Virus record (IMG/VR): IMGVR_UViG_3300025154_000049
Location: 1-64,000 of that record
Source: a virus
Reading direction: 5' to 3' (one strand)
DNA: 64,000 nucleotides
The position numbers and the translations under genes were made by a program. Shown piece by piece: positions 48,491 to 57,782 of this stretch (its first letter is position 1; the number at the start of each line of letters is the position of its first letter). The notes below the pieces were generated by a model. The model worked only from the letters and a program-made list of their open reading frames with translations, made no database searches and was not told the origin of the DNA.

Positions 48491-49903
48491 TTATTTCTTA
48501 CCATCGTTTAGATATACAGAACGTCCAAAGGGAGCTTCTTGTATATGATTTTGAGTGAATATCCAAAGGGTAGGGATGCCCTCTGCGAGTTCCTCACATT
48601 CGTCATAGTAACATTCACCGTCTGTCAATAGAACTATACCAGCTATGTCTTCAGTTCTAAAATCATCCCTTTTATGGATAGCTTCAAAACATACCCTGAA
48701 GCATGTTCCTCCGCCAGACCTAGGTTTATTTTGAAGGACATCTTGAACATCCTCGAACTTCTGTAAACTATGTACTGCTGTATCAAAATATCCCAACCAA
48801 CCTGTCATAGATGCAAATTGTTGAATAGCTCCTACAACCTCAGAATATACGTCTTCTATTTCTTTATCACTCATAGAACCTGAGATATCTATAAAGAATA
48901 ATATATTTTTTACTTCATTCTCGGTATCATTAAAATCAGGAAGCATACAATCAGTTATAGAATACAATCTTTTATCTGGAGGATTAAATGAATAATCATT
49001 TACAATGGGGCTTACAAATTCATTTAATAATTGTCTCCAATCCTTTTTAGGGGGTTTTAATTTAATTAAAAGTTCTTGTAAGAAAGCTGGAAGGTTACCA
49101 CAGGATTTATCTTGATGTTGTTTAGCTGCACTAATCATAAGTTGTTCCCATTCTTGTTGAGACATTTTAACTTCTTCCATACCTTCACCAGAAATACATT
49201 GTTGTCCTTGTCCTTTATTTTTGTCTTTTCCGTCTTTACTATCTTTATCGTCTCCCTGACCTTTATCTTTATCCCACATACCGTGGTCATCGAGAAGTTT
49301 TTCTGTTAATTTTTCCAGTTTTGATTTACCGTTCCCATCTTGGTCTTGTTGGTCATTCTGATTTTGCTGATTTTGTGAGGACTTCCCACTTTTACTACTC
49401 TGTCCTCGTCCCTGTCCTTGTCCACAAGAGGAAGAAGAGGATTGTTGACTAATAAATTGTTTTAATAATATATCATAAATTTCTTCCGCTGACATTTTAG
49501 CATATTTAGGGTCGTACAATCCTTCATTTTTACCAGAAGGCATACGAAAATCACTATTCTCGAATTGTTTTAAAATATCATGTATTGCATAATCACAAGC
49601 TAAGTTAAAAACCGTAGCATTTCTTGAATCTCTTCTACGAATATGTCCATTAGATACGTGCATAATTTCATGAGCTATCAACCATTTTAATTCGGGTAGT
49701 GAAAGCTGTTCTAAAAATTCTGGATTAAATATAATTTTGGAGCCATCCGTACCTGCTGTGGGAATTTCTTCATCGACTAGGTATTTAAATTTTAATGCAA
49801 GTATCCCAAAGAAAGGAAATTCTTTGATAAGTTTCCATTTACATAAAGTTATTTTTTCTTTTAATTTTTCGATATCTACTTTTGATTTAGTCATAGATGT
49901 CAT
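48491..49903 (-). CDS. DUF2201-type metallopeptidase-VWA protein
   Basis: TAGTDG, AHEIMH (HExxH), N.A.D..I, IDISGSMS (MIDAS), GGGT.F, LTDG. Confidence 0.9.
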   Translation of the reverse strand: MTSMTKSKVDIEKLKEKITLCKWKLIKEFPFFGILALKFKYLVDEEIPTAGTDGSKIIFNPEFLEQLSLPELKWLIAHEIMHVSNGHIRRRDSRNATVFNLACDYAIHDILKQFENSDFRMPSGKNEGLYDPKYAKMSAEEIYDILLKQFISQQSSSSSCGQGQGRGQSSKSGKSSQNQQNQNDQQDQDGNGKSKLEKLTEKLLDDHGMWDKDKGQGDDKDSKDGKDKNKGQGQQCISGEGMEEVKMSQQEWEQLMISAAKQHQDKSCGNLPAFLQELLIKLKPPKKDWRQLLNEFVSPIVNDYSFNPPDKRLYSITDCMLPDFNDTENEVKNILFFIDISGSMSDKEIEDVYSEVVGAIQQFASMTGWLGYFDTAVHSLQKFEDVQDVLQNKPRSGGGTCFRVCFEAIHKRDDFRTEDIAGIVLLTDGECYYDECEELAEGIPTLWIFTQNHIQEAPFGRSVYLNDGKK

Positions 49904-49993
49904 TCTTAGCTCCTTGATTAAGTGTTATTCGTATGATTATTAATTTTATTATTAACCCAATTTTATTAAATGTCAACCCTTTATTAAGAAATA

Positions 49994-50350
49994 TTAAATA
50001 TTATCTGTAAGTTCTAGCATCATTTTTATACGGTCTATTATATCTTTATCTATAGTAGGTAATTGATGTATGAATAAATAATATTCATATTTGTCTACTT
50101 TTTTAACGTCTACCTCATATATCTTAAATATTCTAACTATTTCTTCTATAGTTAATATTTGATGAGTAAGAATTTGTTCTAAGTTAAAATATCCACTAAA
50201 AGTTTCTATCAAATCTAAAGGAAGTTTATAATTTTCCACTAAAGATTTAAAATTTACTTTATACTGTAGACAAGCTAATAAATCCCCATCTAAAATTTTA
50301 TAATTATTCATGAATATATCGTTATATTCATTATTAAGAAAACCACTCAA
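49994..50350 (-). CDS. Trp/Leu-repeat family early protein
   Basis: Repeats resemble 50428 and 60124; promoter TTGCAT-17-TATTCT. Confidence 0.55.
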   Translation of the reverse strand: MSGFLNNEYNDIFMNNYKILDGDLLACLQYKVNFKSLVENYKLPLDLIETFSGYFNLEQILTHQILTIEEIVRIFKIYEVDVKKVDKYEYYLFIHQLPTIDKDIIDRIKMMLELTDNI

Positions 50351-50427
50351 TACAAATTCCTTTAAATAATCTAATATTTAAAGAATAGCATAGTAGTTTA
50401 TATAATGCAAGCTCTTGTAAAGATATA

Positions 50428-50817
50428 TTAAGATATTAATTCATAGAAGGTTTGGAGTCTTAATTTAGCATTTAGAGTTAATTTCTGAGTTTGTACTATT
50501 ACAGGTATATATTCTCTTAATAGTACCATATTATCTATTAAAAATTTTTGAGGATAATTATTTCTACATAGAACAGAGGATACATTTAATTTATGTTTGA
50601 AATTTATTAAAATATCTTCAGTTATTATTCCAGTTAGAGAATAAGCTTCCCAGTGCATCTGATATTCAAACTCTTTTAGGAATGCCACTGTCAATTTATG
50701 GGTAGAACTTATACTTATGTTAAAAAAAGAAACATTAGCACTAAGAGCTTTTCTTTCTCTCTTGTTAAGTTTCTTCCAGTTCTTTATAAAATATTCTTCT
50801 TTAGGATTCTTATACAT
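50428..50817 (-). CDS. Trp/Leu-repeat family early protein
   Basis: LTVAFLKEF..HW..S...TEDIL.NF repeats. Confidence 0.6.
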   Translation of the reverse strand: MYKNPKEEYFIKNWKKLNKRERKALSANVSFFNISISSTHKLTVAFLKEFEYQMHWEAYSLTGIITEDILINFKHKLNVSSVLCRNNYPQKFLIDNMVLLREYIPVIVQTQKLTLNAKLRLQTFYELIS

Positions 50818-50959
50818 TTTTCTTACTTAGTATTTTTAATGATAATTCCCCACATCTAAGACATTCTGAAAAGCATACTAAGTCAAATCCTTTCTCGTTT
50901 TCTATCTTACGAGCATGTATAATTATTTTTCTATGCTCCTCGCAATAATTTTTTCCCAT
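50810..50959 (-). CDS. Small zinc-binding protein
   Basis: C..H..CLRCG; start MGKNY; promoter TTGCGT-17-TATAAT at 51004-50976. Confidence 0.5.
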   Translation of the reverse strand: MGKNYCEEHRKIIIHARKIENEKGFDLVCFSECLRCGELSLKILSKKNV

Positions 50960-51011
50960 AAAACCCCCATAGATTATTATAACATATTTTAAAAAATTAC
51001 GCAATACCCTA

Positions 51012-51040
51012 TTGACAAAACATTTACAAAATGTTATAAT
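51012..51040 (+). promoter_or_regulatory. Sigma70/sigmaA-type promoter
   Basis: TTGACA-17-TATAAT, perfect consensus with TG extension. Confidence 0.85.
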
Positions 51041-51087
51041 GTATATGTAAAGTGGTAAATTTATAATCGTAACTTGGGAGGAATAGG

Positions 51088-52002
51088 ATGTCAGAGGACA
51101 AAAGACAAGAAGTTATTTTAAGGGATGAGCGTGGTAATAATATTATAGAAGTAAATCCAGACAATATTGCGAAAAATCTTGTGGCAATGACTAACAGGGC
51201 AGATATAATGACCCCAGAGGATAAGAAGTTCTTTATAGAGAACACTGAGCGTTGGAGCATGGTACAACAGAATTGTCATATATGGAGAACTAATACAGAA
51301 AAACGTAGTATTTTATCTGAGTTGCCAACTACTCATCTTAAATTTCACCAAGCTATACTAGAAAATAAAGTATTTGTTGATGAAACTGTAAGATTAGCTA
51401 AAGATGCAGAAATTCAAAAGTTAGATGCAGAAGAGTTATATGTAGATATAGAGAATCTAAAAGAAGAAATAGCAGATTTAACAGAACAAAGAAGTGAATA
51501 TGAAGAAGATAGTAGTGAATATAAACAATTTTCTTATAGAATAAGAAAAAAAGATATAGAAATAAGAAAAAAGACAGTAGAATTACAAGAAAAAGCTTAT
51601 CAAATACAACAATCTGCTATTGCCATGGGGTACAGAATGGCTGAAAATCGTGCGTGGAAACAATTTGAAGATGAAATGATAGATGAAATGAGAGCAGACG
51701 GTCTTTCAGACGAAGAAATATGGGATAAAAATTCCGCTCAACTCCTTGGGTATTTCTATTTATTCTTAACTAAGTTTAATGCTGTTAAAAGTTCTACGGA
51801 TAGTGGAGAAGTTCACAATTTAACTTACTTAGCAAGATTCGCTGTAGATGAAATAATAAAGATAGGTAGCTTTGAGGATGCAGTTATTAGATGTGATAGG
51901 ACTCAGATTCAATCTTTGGTAGAATTAGGTTATATAGGAGTTAAAGAAGAGAATGGTAAATTATCAATAATGATACCTGAGCAATATAAAAAGAAAATAT
52001 AA
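51088..52002 (+). CDS. Coiled-coil hypothetical protein, candidate partner of the beta-propeller proteins
   Basis: IWRTNTEKRSILSELPT..KFHQAILE followed by a long coiled coil; GGAGG SD. Confidence 0.65.
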   Translation: MSEDKRQEVILRDERGNNIIEVNPDNIAKNLVAMTNRADIMTPEDKKFFIENTERWSMVQQNCHIWRTNTEKRSILSELPTTHLKFHQAILENKVFVDETVRLAKDAEIQKLDAEELYVDIENLKEEIADLTEQRSEYEEDSSEYKQFSYRIRKKDIEIRKKTVELQEKAYQIQQSAIAMGYRMAENRAWKQFEDEMIDEMRADGLSDEEIWDKNSAQLLGYFYLFLTKFNAVKSSTDSGEVHNLTYLARFAVDEIIKIGSFEDAVIRCDRTQIQSLVELGYIGVKEENGKLSIMIPEQYKKKI

Positions 52003-52062
52003 TTTTTAGTCTATTGACAAATTTTTAATCTCCTTGTATACTATGTATAAGGAGATTTTTTA

Positions 52063-52677
52063 ATGATAAAGATATGTGTTATATGTAAAAAAGAATTTGA
52101 AGCTAAAAAGTCAGCTATTACCTGTAGCTCAGAATGTTCTAAAATACAAAAATACAATAAAAGAAAGATATATAAAGAGAAGAACAAAGATTTTATAAAT
52201 AAACAAGCTAGAGAATGGTTTTCCAACAATAAAGAGAAAACTTCAGAATGCCATAAGAAGTATAGAGATGCCAATAAAGATAAAATTAAAAAATATCGGG
52301 ATACTTGGTATAATAAGAATAAAAATTATAAATTTAGAATACAGAACGATTTATCTTTTAAATTTGTTTTCAATATCAGACAGTGGTTTAATAGAGCCTT
52401 TAGACACAATAAGAAAAGTAATAAAACTTTTCAATACGTAGATTATACTTTTGAAGAATTTAGAGAGCATATAGAAAAACAGTTTAAAGAGGGAATGTCT
52501 TGGGATAATTGGACTAATAGGGGATGGCACGTAGACCACATAAAGCCTATCTCTAAATTTAATTTCTTTAATGAAGATGGAACAGAGAACATAGAGCAAG
52601 TTAAAGAATGTTTCTCCTTAAATAATTTACAACCTTTATGGGCTAAAGATAATTTAAGTAAGGGCAATAGGTATTAA
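52063..52677 (+). CDS. HNH homing endonuclease
   Basis: N-terminal C..C..CS..C, HIEKQF..GMSWDN..WHVDHIKP..NLQPLWAKDNLSKGN; own promoter TTGACA-17-TATACT at 52014-52042. Confidence 0.9.
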   Translation: MIKICVICKKEFEAKKSAITCSSECSKIQKYNKRKIYKEKNKDFINKQAREWFSNNKEKTSECHKKYRDANKDKIKKYRDTWYNKNKNYKFRIQNDLSFKFVFNIRQWFNRAFRHNKKSNKTFQYVDYTFEEFREHIEKQFKEGMSWDNWTNRGWHVDHIKPISKFNFFNEDGTENIEQVKECFSLNNLQPLWAKDNLSKGNRY

Positions 52678-52681
52678 GTAC

Positions 52682-52709
52682 AAAAACCTCCTATAATGGG
52701 AGGTTTTTG
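52682..52709. terminator. Bidirectional terminator
   Basis: AAAAACCTCC-TATAATG-GGAGGTTTTT between convergent genes. Confidence 0.8.
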
Positions 52710-52737
52710 ATATGTGAAAACACATGGATTTATTCTA

Positions 52738-53007
52738 TTAAGCAGGAGGTAATTCTGCTTGTAATTCTTCTAATGTTTTAAGAACTACCGCATTGTCTAC
52801 TACTTTAATAATGGAATTAATAAAGTTATTGACTTGCATAAAAGTTGTTAGTTCTTCAGTAGGCTGAGGTATAGTATCGAAAATAAAATTACACCATACT
52901 CCTACGTCATTGTAGTTATCCCCACCTTGATTTTCGTCTATTCCTATACATAGGATAGAACCGCTTATTCCATCTGATGTTACGCATCTGTAAACAGTAT
53001 TTGACAT
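52738..53007 (-). CDS. Small protein following the propeller genes (fibre chaperone-like)
   Basis: AGGAG SD; ends LKTLEELQAELPPA; late-like motif TTTAAATTATA upstream. Confidence 0.6.
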   Translation of the reverse strand: MSNTVYRCVTSDGISGSILCIGIDENQGGDNYNDVGVWCNFIFDTIPQPTEELTTFMQVNNFINSIIKVVDNAVVLKTLEELQAELPPA

Positions 53008-53049
53008 TTTGTTTCTCCTATCTAATTATAATTTAAAGAAGTAGTAAAT

Positions 53050-55290
53050 TTAAAAATATGATATTTCCGCTATCTTGGTTGAAGTTACTGGTAATGTTAT
53101 TTGGGTATTAAACTTTTCAGTTGTGCTGAGAAAGCTACCGTTAAAACCGCCAAAAGATAATCCTCCATTTTGTGAACCCGAAGAAGCTAAATCTCCCCTA
53201 GCAGTATTTAAATTACCTGTGTTAGTCCAAGTAGCTCCGTTAAACTTTTCAGTACTTACTATATAGGTAGGCACACTACCTCCAAAAACCAAAGCTGAGT
53301 TTTGAGTCCCACAAGCACTAGGAGCATTTCTTCCTACGTTTAGACCGCTGGTATTAGACCAAGTAGCTCCGTTAAACTTTTCAGTAGTAGGTTGGTAAGA
53401 ATACCCTCCAGTATTACCTCCAGTACTTAACCCAGAGTTCTGAGTTCCGCATCCAGTTAGATAATATCTACCCGTATTTAAATTACCTGTGTTAGTCCAA
53501 ACAGAGCCATTAAACTTCTCAGTCTTATCATAAGGAGATACTATACCCCCAAAACTCAACCCTGCATTCTGAGTTCCACAACCCGCTAGATTATAATTAG
53601 CAGTATTTAAGTTTCCAGTACCCGTCCAAGTAGAACCATTAAACTTTTCAGACACTGAGGAAAGAGTGCTACCGTCAGGAGTACCCCCAGAAGCCAATCC
53701 GCCATTTTGTGTTCCACACCCAGCCAATTTGTGTCTAGGAGTATTTAAAGAGCCTGTATTACTCCAAGAAGAGCCATTAAACTTTTCAGCTATTGCAATA
53801 TTAGAAGCTCCGCTATACCCCCCAAAAATTAATCCAGAGTTCTCAAACCCTGCCCCTGCTGGGAATCTTCTTCCGTATGTTAAGTTCCCACTAGAAGTCC
53901 ACACACCACCTATTACATCATCTAAGAAGCCCAGTGTTGCTAGGTCATTCTGTTCTTCTTCTGTTAATCCATTAGATGAAGGTCTTACTTCTACTGATAG
54001 ATAACAAGGAGCCGTTATTTTTATATTTTTAGCATTAAAAGAAGTTATCTCTTTAAAATCAGTATCATTTTTTAAATTTATATATTGAGAGAACAAAGGT
54101 TCCCCTATAAATTTCTCTGTTATGGCAGAAACAGAACCTACTGTTCCTCCAAAGCTCAATCCAGAATTCTGAGTTCCACAAGCCCCTAAAGAATTTCTAG
54201 CAGTATTTAAATTACTAGATAAAATCCAAGTAGCACCATTAAACTTTTCTGTTATATCTAAATAGGCAGTAGTTCCAGCACCTCCAAAGCTCAATCCAGA
54301 ATTCTGAGTTCCACTTCCTCCTAGGGTAGTTCTGGCGGTATTTAAGTTACCAGAAGCAGTCCAAACAGAGCCATTAAACTTTTCAGTAGTGTTAGAAGCC
54401 ACAGAGCCATCAATACTCCCCCCAAAACTTAATCCCGAATTTTGGGTTCCGATTCCTTTAGAATAGCTTTTATTATTGATTAGGGAACCAGTAGTAGCCC
54501 AAGTAGAACCATTAAATTTCTCTGCTGTATTGACGGGAGTGTTTACACCTACTGTTCCTCCGATGCTTAATCCAGAGTTCTGAGTTCCACATCCTGCTAT
54601 ACGAGCCCTAGCGGTAACTAAATTACCAGTGTTAGACCAAGTAGAACCGTCAAACTTCTCCGTTTTGTTTAAAGGGGTTCCAGCAACCACTAATCCACCA
54701 AAACTTAATCCACTGTTTTGAGTTCCACAACCTGCTAAACTTTGTCTAGCAGTAACTAAATTACCAGTAGCTGTCCAAATAGAGCCATTGAATTTTTCTG
54801 TTACGGCTGATGCTGTTCCAGTATTACCTCCGAAACTTAATCCACTGTTTTGAGTTCCACAACCAGAAAGGGCTACTCTGGCAGTATTTAAGTTACCAGA
54901 AGCAGTCCATATATTTTTTACAAAACTACTTATCAAATTAGTCATGTTAAAATATTTATCTCCAGTAGAAGAGATATAGAATTCTTTATACATATCATCC
55001 ATACTTAATATGGTGGCACTTCCACCGCCAGAACCTCCCCCAGTACCAGTTATTTCTAACCATCCAGTATTTCCAGAGCTAGTACTCTTTCTGTATAATT
55101 TTCCTGTTCCAGAAGTATTAATATCTTGATATAGTACACCGATAGTAGAAGCAACAACTCCTTCGGGAGAACCGCTTCCTTGTATAACTACAGCGTTATA
55201 AGCATTATAAATAATATTAAAATTAGCATTGACTTCAGGAGCTACCGCTAATGTCCCAGATGTAAATGTATAAGGTTTATTAATTGTCAT
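53050..55290 (-). CDS. Double Kelch-like beta-propeller virion protein B
   Basis: N-terminal PYTFTSGT.A...VNANF and GSGSPEGVV.A..G.LY fibre motifs; 2x6 repeats of W..TGNLNTAR...GCGTQNSGLSFGG..TEKFNG. Confidence 0.85.
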   Translation of the reverse strand: MTINKPYTFTSGTLAVAPEVNANFNIIYNAYNAVVIQGSGSPEGVVASTIGVLYQDINTSGTGKLYRKSTSSGNTGWLEITGTGGGSGGGSATILSMDDMYKEFYISSTGDKYFNMTNLISSFVKNIWTASGNLNTARVALSGCGTQNSGLSFGGNTGTASAVTEKFNGSIWTATGNLVTARQSLAGCGTQNSGLSFGGLVVAGTPLNKTEKFDGSTWSNTGNLVTARARIAGCGTQNSGLSIGGTVGVNTPVNTAEKFNGSTWATTGSLINNKSYSKGIGTQNSGLSFGGSIDGSVASNTTEKFNGSVWTASGNLNTARTTLGGSGTQNSGLSFGGAGTTAYLDITEKFNGATWILSSNLNTARNSLGACGTQNSGLSFGGTVGSVSAITEKFIGEPLFSQYINLKNDTDFKEITSFNAKNIKITAPCYLSVEVRPSSNGLTEEEQNDLATLGFLDDVIGGVWTSSGNLTYGRRFPAGAGFENSGLIFGGYSGASNIAIAEKFNGSSWSNTGSLNTPRHKLAGCGTQNGGLASGGTPDGSTLSSVSEKFNGSTWTGTGNLNTANYNLAGCGTQNAGLSFGGIVSPYDKTEKFNGSVWTNTGNLNTGRYYLTGCGTQNSGLSTGGNTGGYSYQPTTEKFNGATWSNTSGLNVGRNAPSACGTQNSALVFGGSVPTYIVSTEKFNGATWTNTGNLNTARGDLASSGSQNGGLSFGGFNGSFLSTTEKFNTQITLPVTSTKIAEISYF
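53880..53996. repeat. 117-bp exact repeat, copy in propeller gene B
   Basis: Identical to 56117-56233 (offset 2237). Confidence 0.95.
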
Positions 55291-55307
55291 AATATATTAT
55301 TCCCTTA

Positions 55308-57518
55308 TTATCCGTAAATAATTTCAAAACTTTTTTGCCCGACAGTAGGAAGAGAAATTTGTGTATTAAACTTTTCAGTAATAGCTAATTTGCTACCATT
55401 GGAGCCTCCGAAACTTAATCCACTGTTTTGAGTTCCAGCACCAGCTAAATCAACTCTACCAGTATTTAGGTTAGACGTGTAACTCCAGATAATTCCATTA
55501 TATTTCTCACTAATGATACTGTTAAGTTCTCCTCCGAAGCTTAATCCAGAGTTTTGAGTTCCCGCACCACTAGCATACGCTCTACCAGTATTTAGGCTAG
55601 ACGTATAACTCCAGATAATTCCATTATATTTCTCACTGGTACTAAGGCTACTCTGTCCTCCAGCAGTTAGAGCATTGTTAGAATTTCCAAATCCGATTAT
55701 ATATGCTCTAGCAGTACTCAGATTGCCCCCATAACTCCATGAAGTACCGTTATACTTTTCTGTAGTATTTAAGGTTCCCGTACCTAAACCCCCAAAACAT
55801 AAACTAGCTGTTTGTGTTCCGCATCCCCCTCCGTAACCTCTAGCAGTGCCTAAGTTTCCCCCAGAACTCCATGAAGTTCCGTCGTATTCTTCTGTTAGGG
55901 ATAGATATGATGTATTATATCCTCCAAAGTTTAACCCAGAGTTTAGTATCCCACATCCTAATGATATGTTCTTTACTACACTTGTGTTACCCCCAGAACT
56001 CCAAGAGGAGCCATTGAATTCCTCTGTTATATTCGTTCTACCGATAGAATCTATACCCGCCACCGAAACCGCTGAATTTTGAAATCCAAAACCAGCTAAT
56101 TGTTGCCTAGCAGTATTTAAGTTCCCACTAGAAGTCCACACACCACCTATTACATCATCTAAGAAGCCCAGTGTTGCTAGGTCATTCTGTTCTTCTTCTG
56201 TTAATCCATTAGATGAAGGTCTTACTTCTACTGCTAAATAACAAGGAGTATTAAATATAAACGATTTTGATTCTTTAAATTGGTCTTCTACTACTTTTGT
56301 GTCATTCTTTAAATTTACATATATATTTAATAGAGGTTCCCCAACAAATTTCTCTGTTATGGCGGAAGAGGCACTAATATAACCTCCAAAAGACAGTCCA
56401 CTATTTTGAGTGCCACACCCAGATAAATAATTTCTAGCAGTGTTCAAAGAACCAGTAGTAGCCCAAACAGAACCATTAAATTTCTCTGCAACGGCAGAAT
56501 TAGAACCCGTATTTCCTCCGAAGGATAAACCTGAACTAGAAGTACCTCCCCCCTTTAAACCGTGTCTAGCTGTATTCAAAGAACCAGTAGTAACCCAAAC
56601 AGAGCCATTAAATTTCTCGGTAACAGCAGAAACAGAACCTGTGTTACCTCCAAAAGATAAACCACTATTCTGAGTTCCGCATCCAGATAGAATATACCTA
56701 GAAGTATTTAAGTTTCCAGAAGTAGCCCAAGTAGAACCGTTGAATTTTTCTGTTACTACTATGGTAGTTGATGTGAACCCTCCAGCACATACACCAGAAT
56801 TTTGGGTTCCAAAATCTGCAAATGCCCTCTTGGCAGTATTTAGTGAACCTGTAGCAGTCCAAGTAGCCCCATTAAACTTTTCAGTAACGGCAGAGTTTAC
56901 TGTAGTAAACCCCCCAAAACTCAAACCAGAGTTCTGAGTTCCACATCCCCCTATTACAAATCTAGCAGTATTTAATGAACCTGTAGCAGTCCAAGTAGCT
57001 CCATTAAACTTTTCAGTAGTTCCAGAGGGATTAGTTCCATCGGTACTTCCCCCAAAAGATAATCCAGAATTTTGAGTTCCACATCCACCCAACTGTAGTC
57101 TAGCTGTATTTAAGTTTCCAGAGGCAGACCAAACATTTTTTACTAAGTTAGTTCCTATAAAATTAGATACATTGAATATTTTATTTCCAGTAGTAGATAT
57201 ATAAAATTCTTCGTACATATCATTACCGTCAAGAATAGTTGCTGAGAATCCTCCGCCTCCTCCAGAGCCAGAGTCTATAACAGTCTGCCATCCAGTATTT
57301 CCAGAGCCAGATATTTTCACGTATACTAAACCTGTTCCACCTGCATTCTGGTCTTCATATAAAGTACCTATGTTAGCAGTAACAACTCCTTCAGGAGAAC
57401 CACTTCCATATAATACGATAGAATTAAATGCTGAGTATATAGTATCAAAGTTTGAATTAGCTTGTGCTGATTGAGCTAATGTGTTACTCGTAAAGTTATA
57501 AGGTTTATTTACTGTCAT
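55308..57518 (-). CDS. Double Kelch-like beta-propeller virion protein A
   Basis: Same architecture as 53050..55290; late promoter 57569-57579. Confidence 0.85.
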   Translation of the reverse strand: MTVNKPYNFTSNTLAQSAQANSNFDTIYSAFNSIVLYGSGSPEGVVTANIGTLYEDQNAGGTGLVYVKISGSGNTGWQTVIDSGSGGGGGFSATILDGNDMYEEFYISTTGNKIFNVSNFIGTNLVKNVWSASGNLNTARLQLGGCGTQNSGLSFGGSTDGTNPSGTTEKFNGATWTATGSLNTARFVIGGCGTQNSGLSFGGFTTVNSAVTEKFNGATWTATGSLNTAKRAFADFGTQNSGVCAGGFTSTTIVVTEKFNGSTWATSGNLNTSRYILSGCGTQNSGLSFGGNTGSVSAVTEKFNGSVWVTTGSLNTARHGLKGGGTSSSGLSFGGNTGSNSAVAEKFNGSVWATTGSLNTARNYLSGCGTQNSGLSFGGYISASSAITEKFVGEPLLNIYVNLKNDTKVVEDQFKESKSFIFNTPCYLAVEVRPSSNGLTEEEQNDLATLGFLDDVIGGVWTSSGNLNTARQQLAGFGFQNSAVSVAGIDSIGRTNITEEFNGSSWSSGGNTSVVKNISLGCGILNSGLNFGGYNTSYLSLTEEYDGTSWSSGGNLGTARGYGGGCGTQTASLCFGGLGTGTLNTTEKYNGTSWSYGGNLSTARAYIIGFGNSNNALTAGGQSSLSTSEKYNGIIWSYTSSLNTGRAYASGAGTQNSGLSFGGELNSIISEKYNGIIWSYTSNLNTGRVDLAGAGTQNSGLSFGGSNGSKLAITEKFNTQISLPTVGQKSFEIIYG
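56117..56233. repeat. 117-bp exact repeat, copy in propeller gene A
   Basis: Encodes VEVRPSSNGLTEEEQNDLATLGFLDDVIGGVWTSSGNL in both genes. Confidence 0.95.
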
Positions 57519-57576
57519 GTTTTTAACCTTTATATCATAATTAGTATAATTTCATAGTTCATCCTAAATATAATAT

Positions 57577-57603
57577 AAAAGAAACGAGGGTTTTAACCCT
57601 CGT
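57577..57603 (-). terminator. Intrinsic terminator fused to a late promoter
   Basis: ACGAGGGTT..AACCCTCGT-TTCTTTTATATTATA. Confidence 0.75.
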
Positions 57604-57638
57604 AAGAAATATCCTCCAACCGCCCTTCTAGTAGCCTA

Positions 57639-57731
57639 TTATTTACTAGATAGCCCTCTCGATATAAGATAAGATTCTACATATTTATCTTTTGGCACTT
57701 CTATTGCTTTCTTATTTTTCTTTCCACTCAT
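57639..57731 (-). CDS. 30-aa basic peptide
   Basis: Not in the track: MSGKKNKKAIEVPKDKYVESYLISRGLSSK; AAAGGAG SD; promoter TTGACA-17-TATAAT at 57786-57758. Confidence 0.6.
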   Translation of the reverse strand: MSGKKNKKAIEVPKDKYVESYLISRGLSSK

Positions 57732-57782
57732 TTGTATCTCCTTTAATCTATACTACAATTATAGCATGTTTCATTAACCATG

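Noticed and set aside
52063-52677. HNH gene as part of a self-splicing intron
   Set aside because: It is intergenic with its own promoter and terminator, and the flanking genes are intact and convergent
53050-57518. Diversity-generating retroelement acting on the propeller genes
   Set aside because: No reverse transcriptase in the window; the shared segment is fully identical and coding in both copies, with no adenine-specific mismatches
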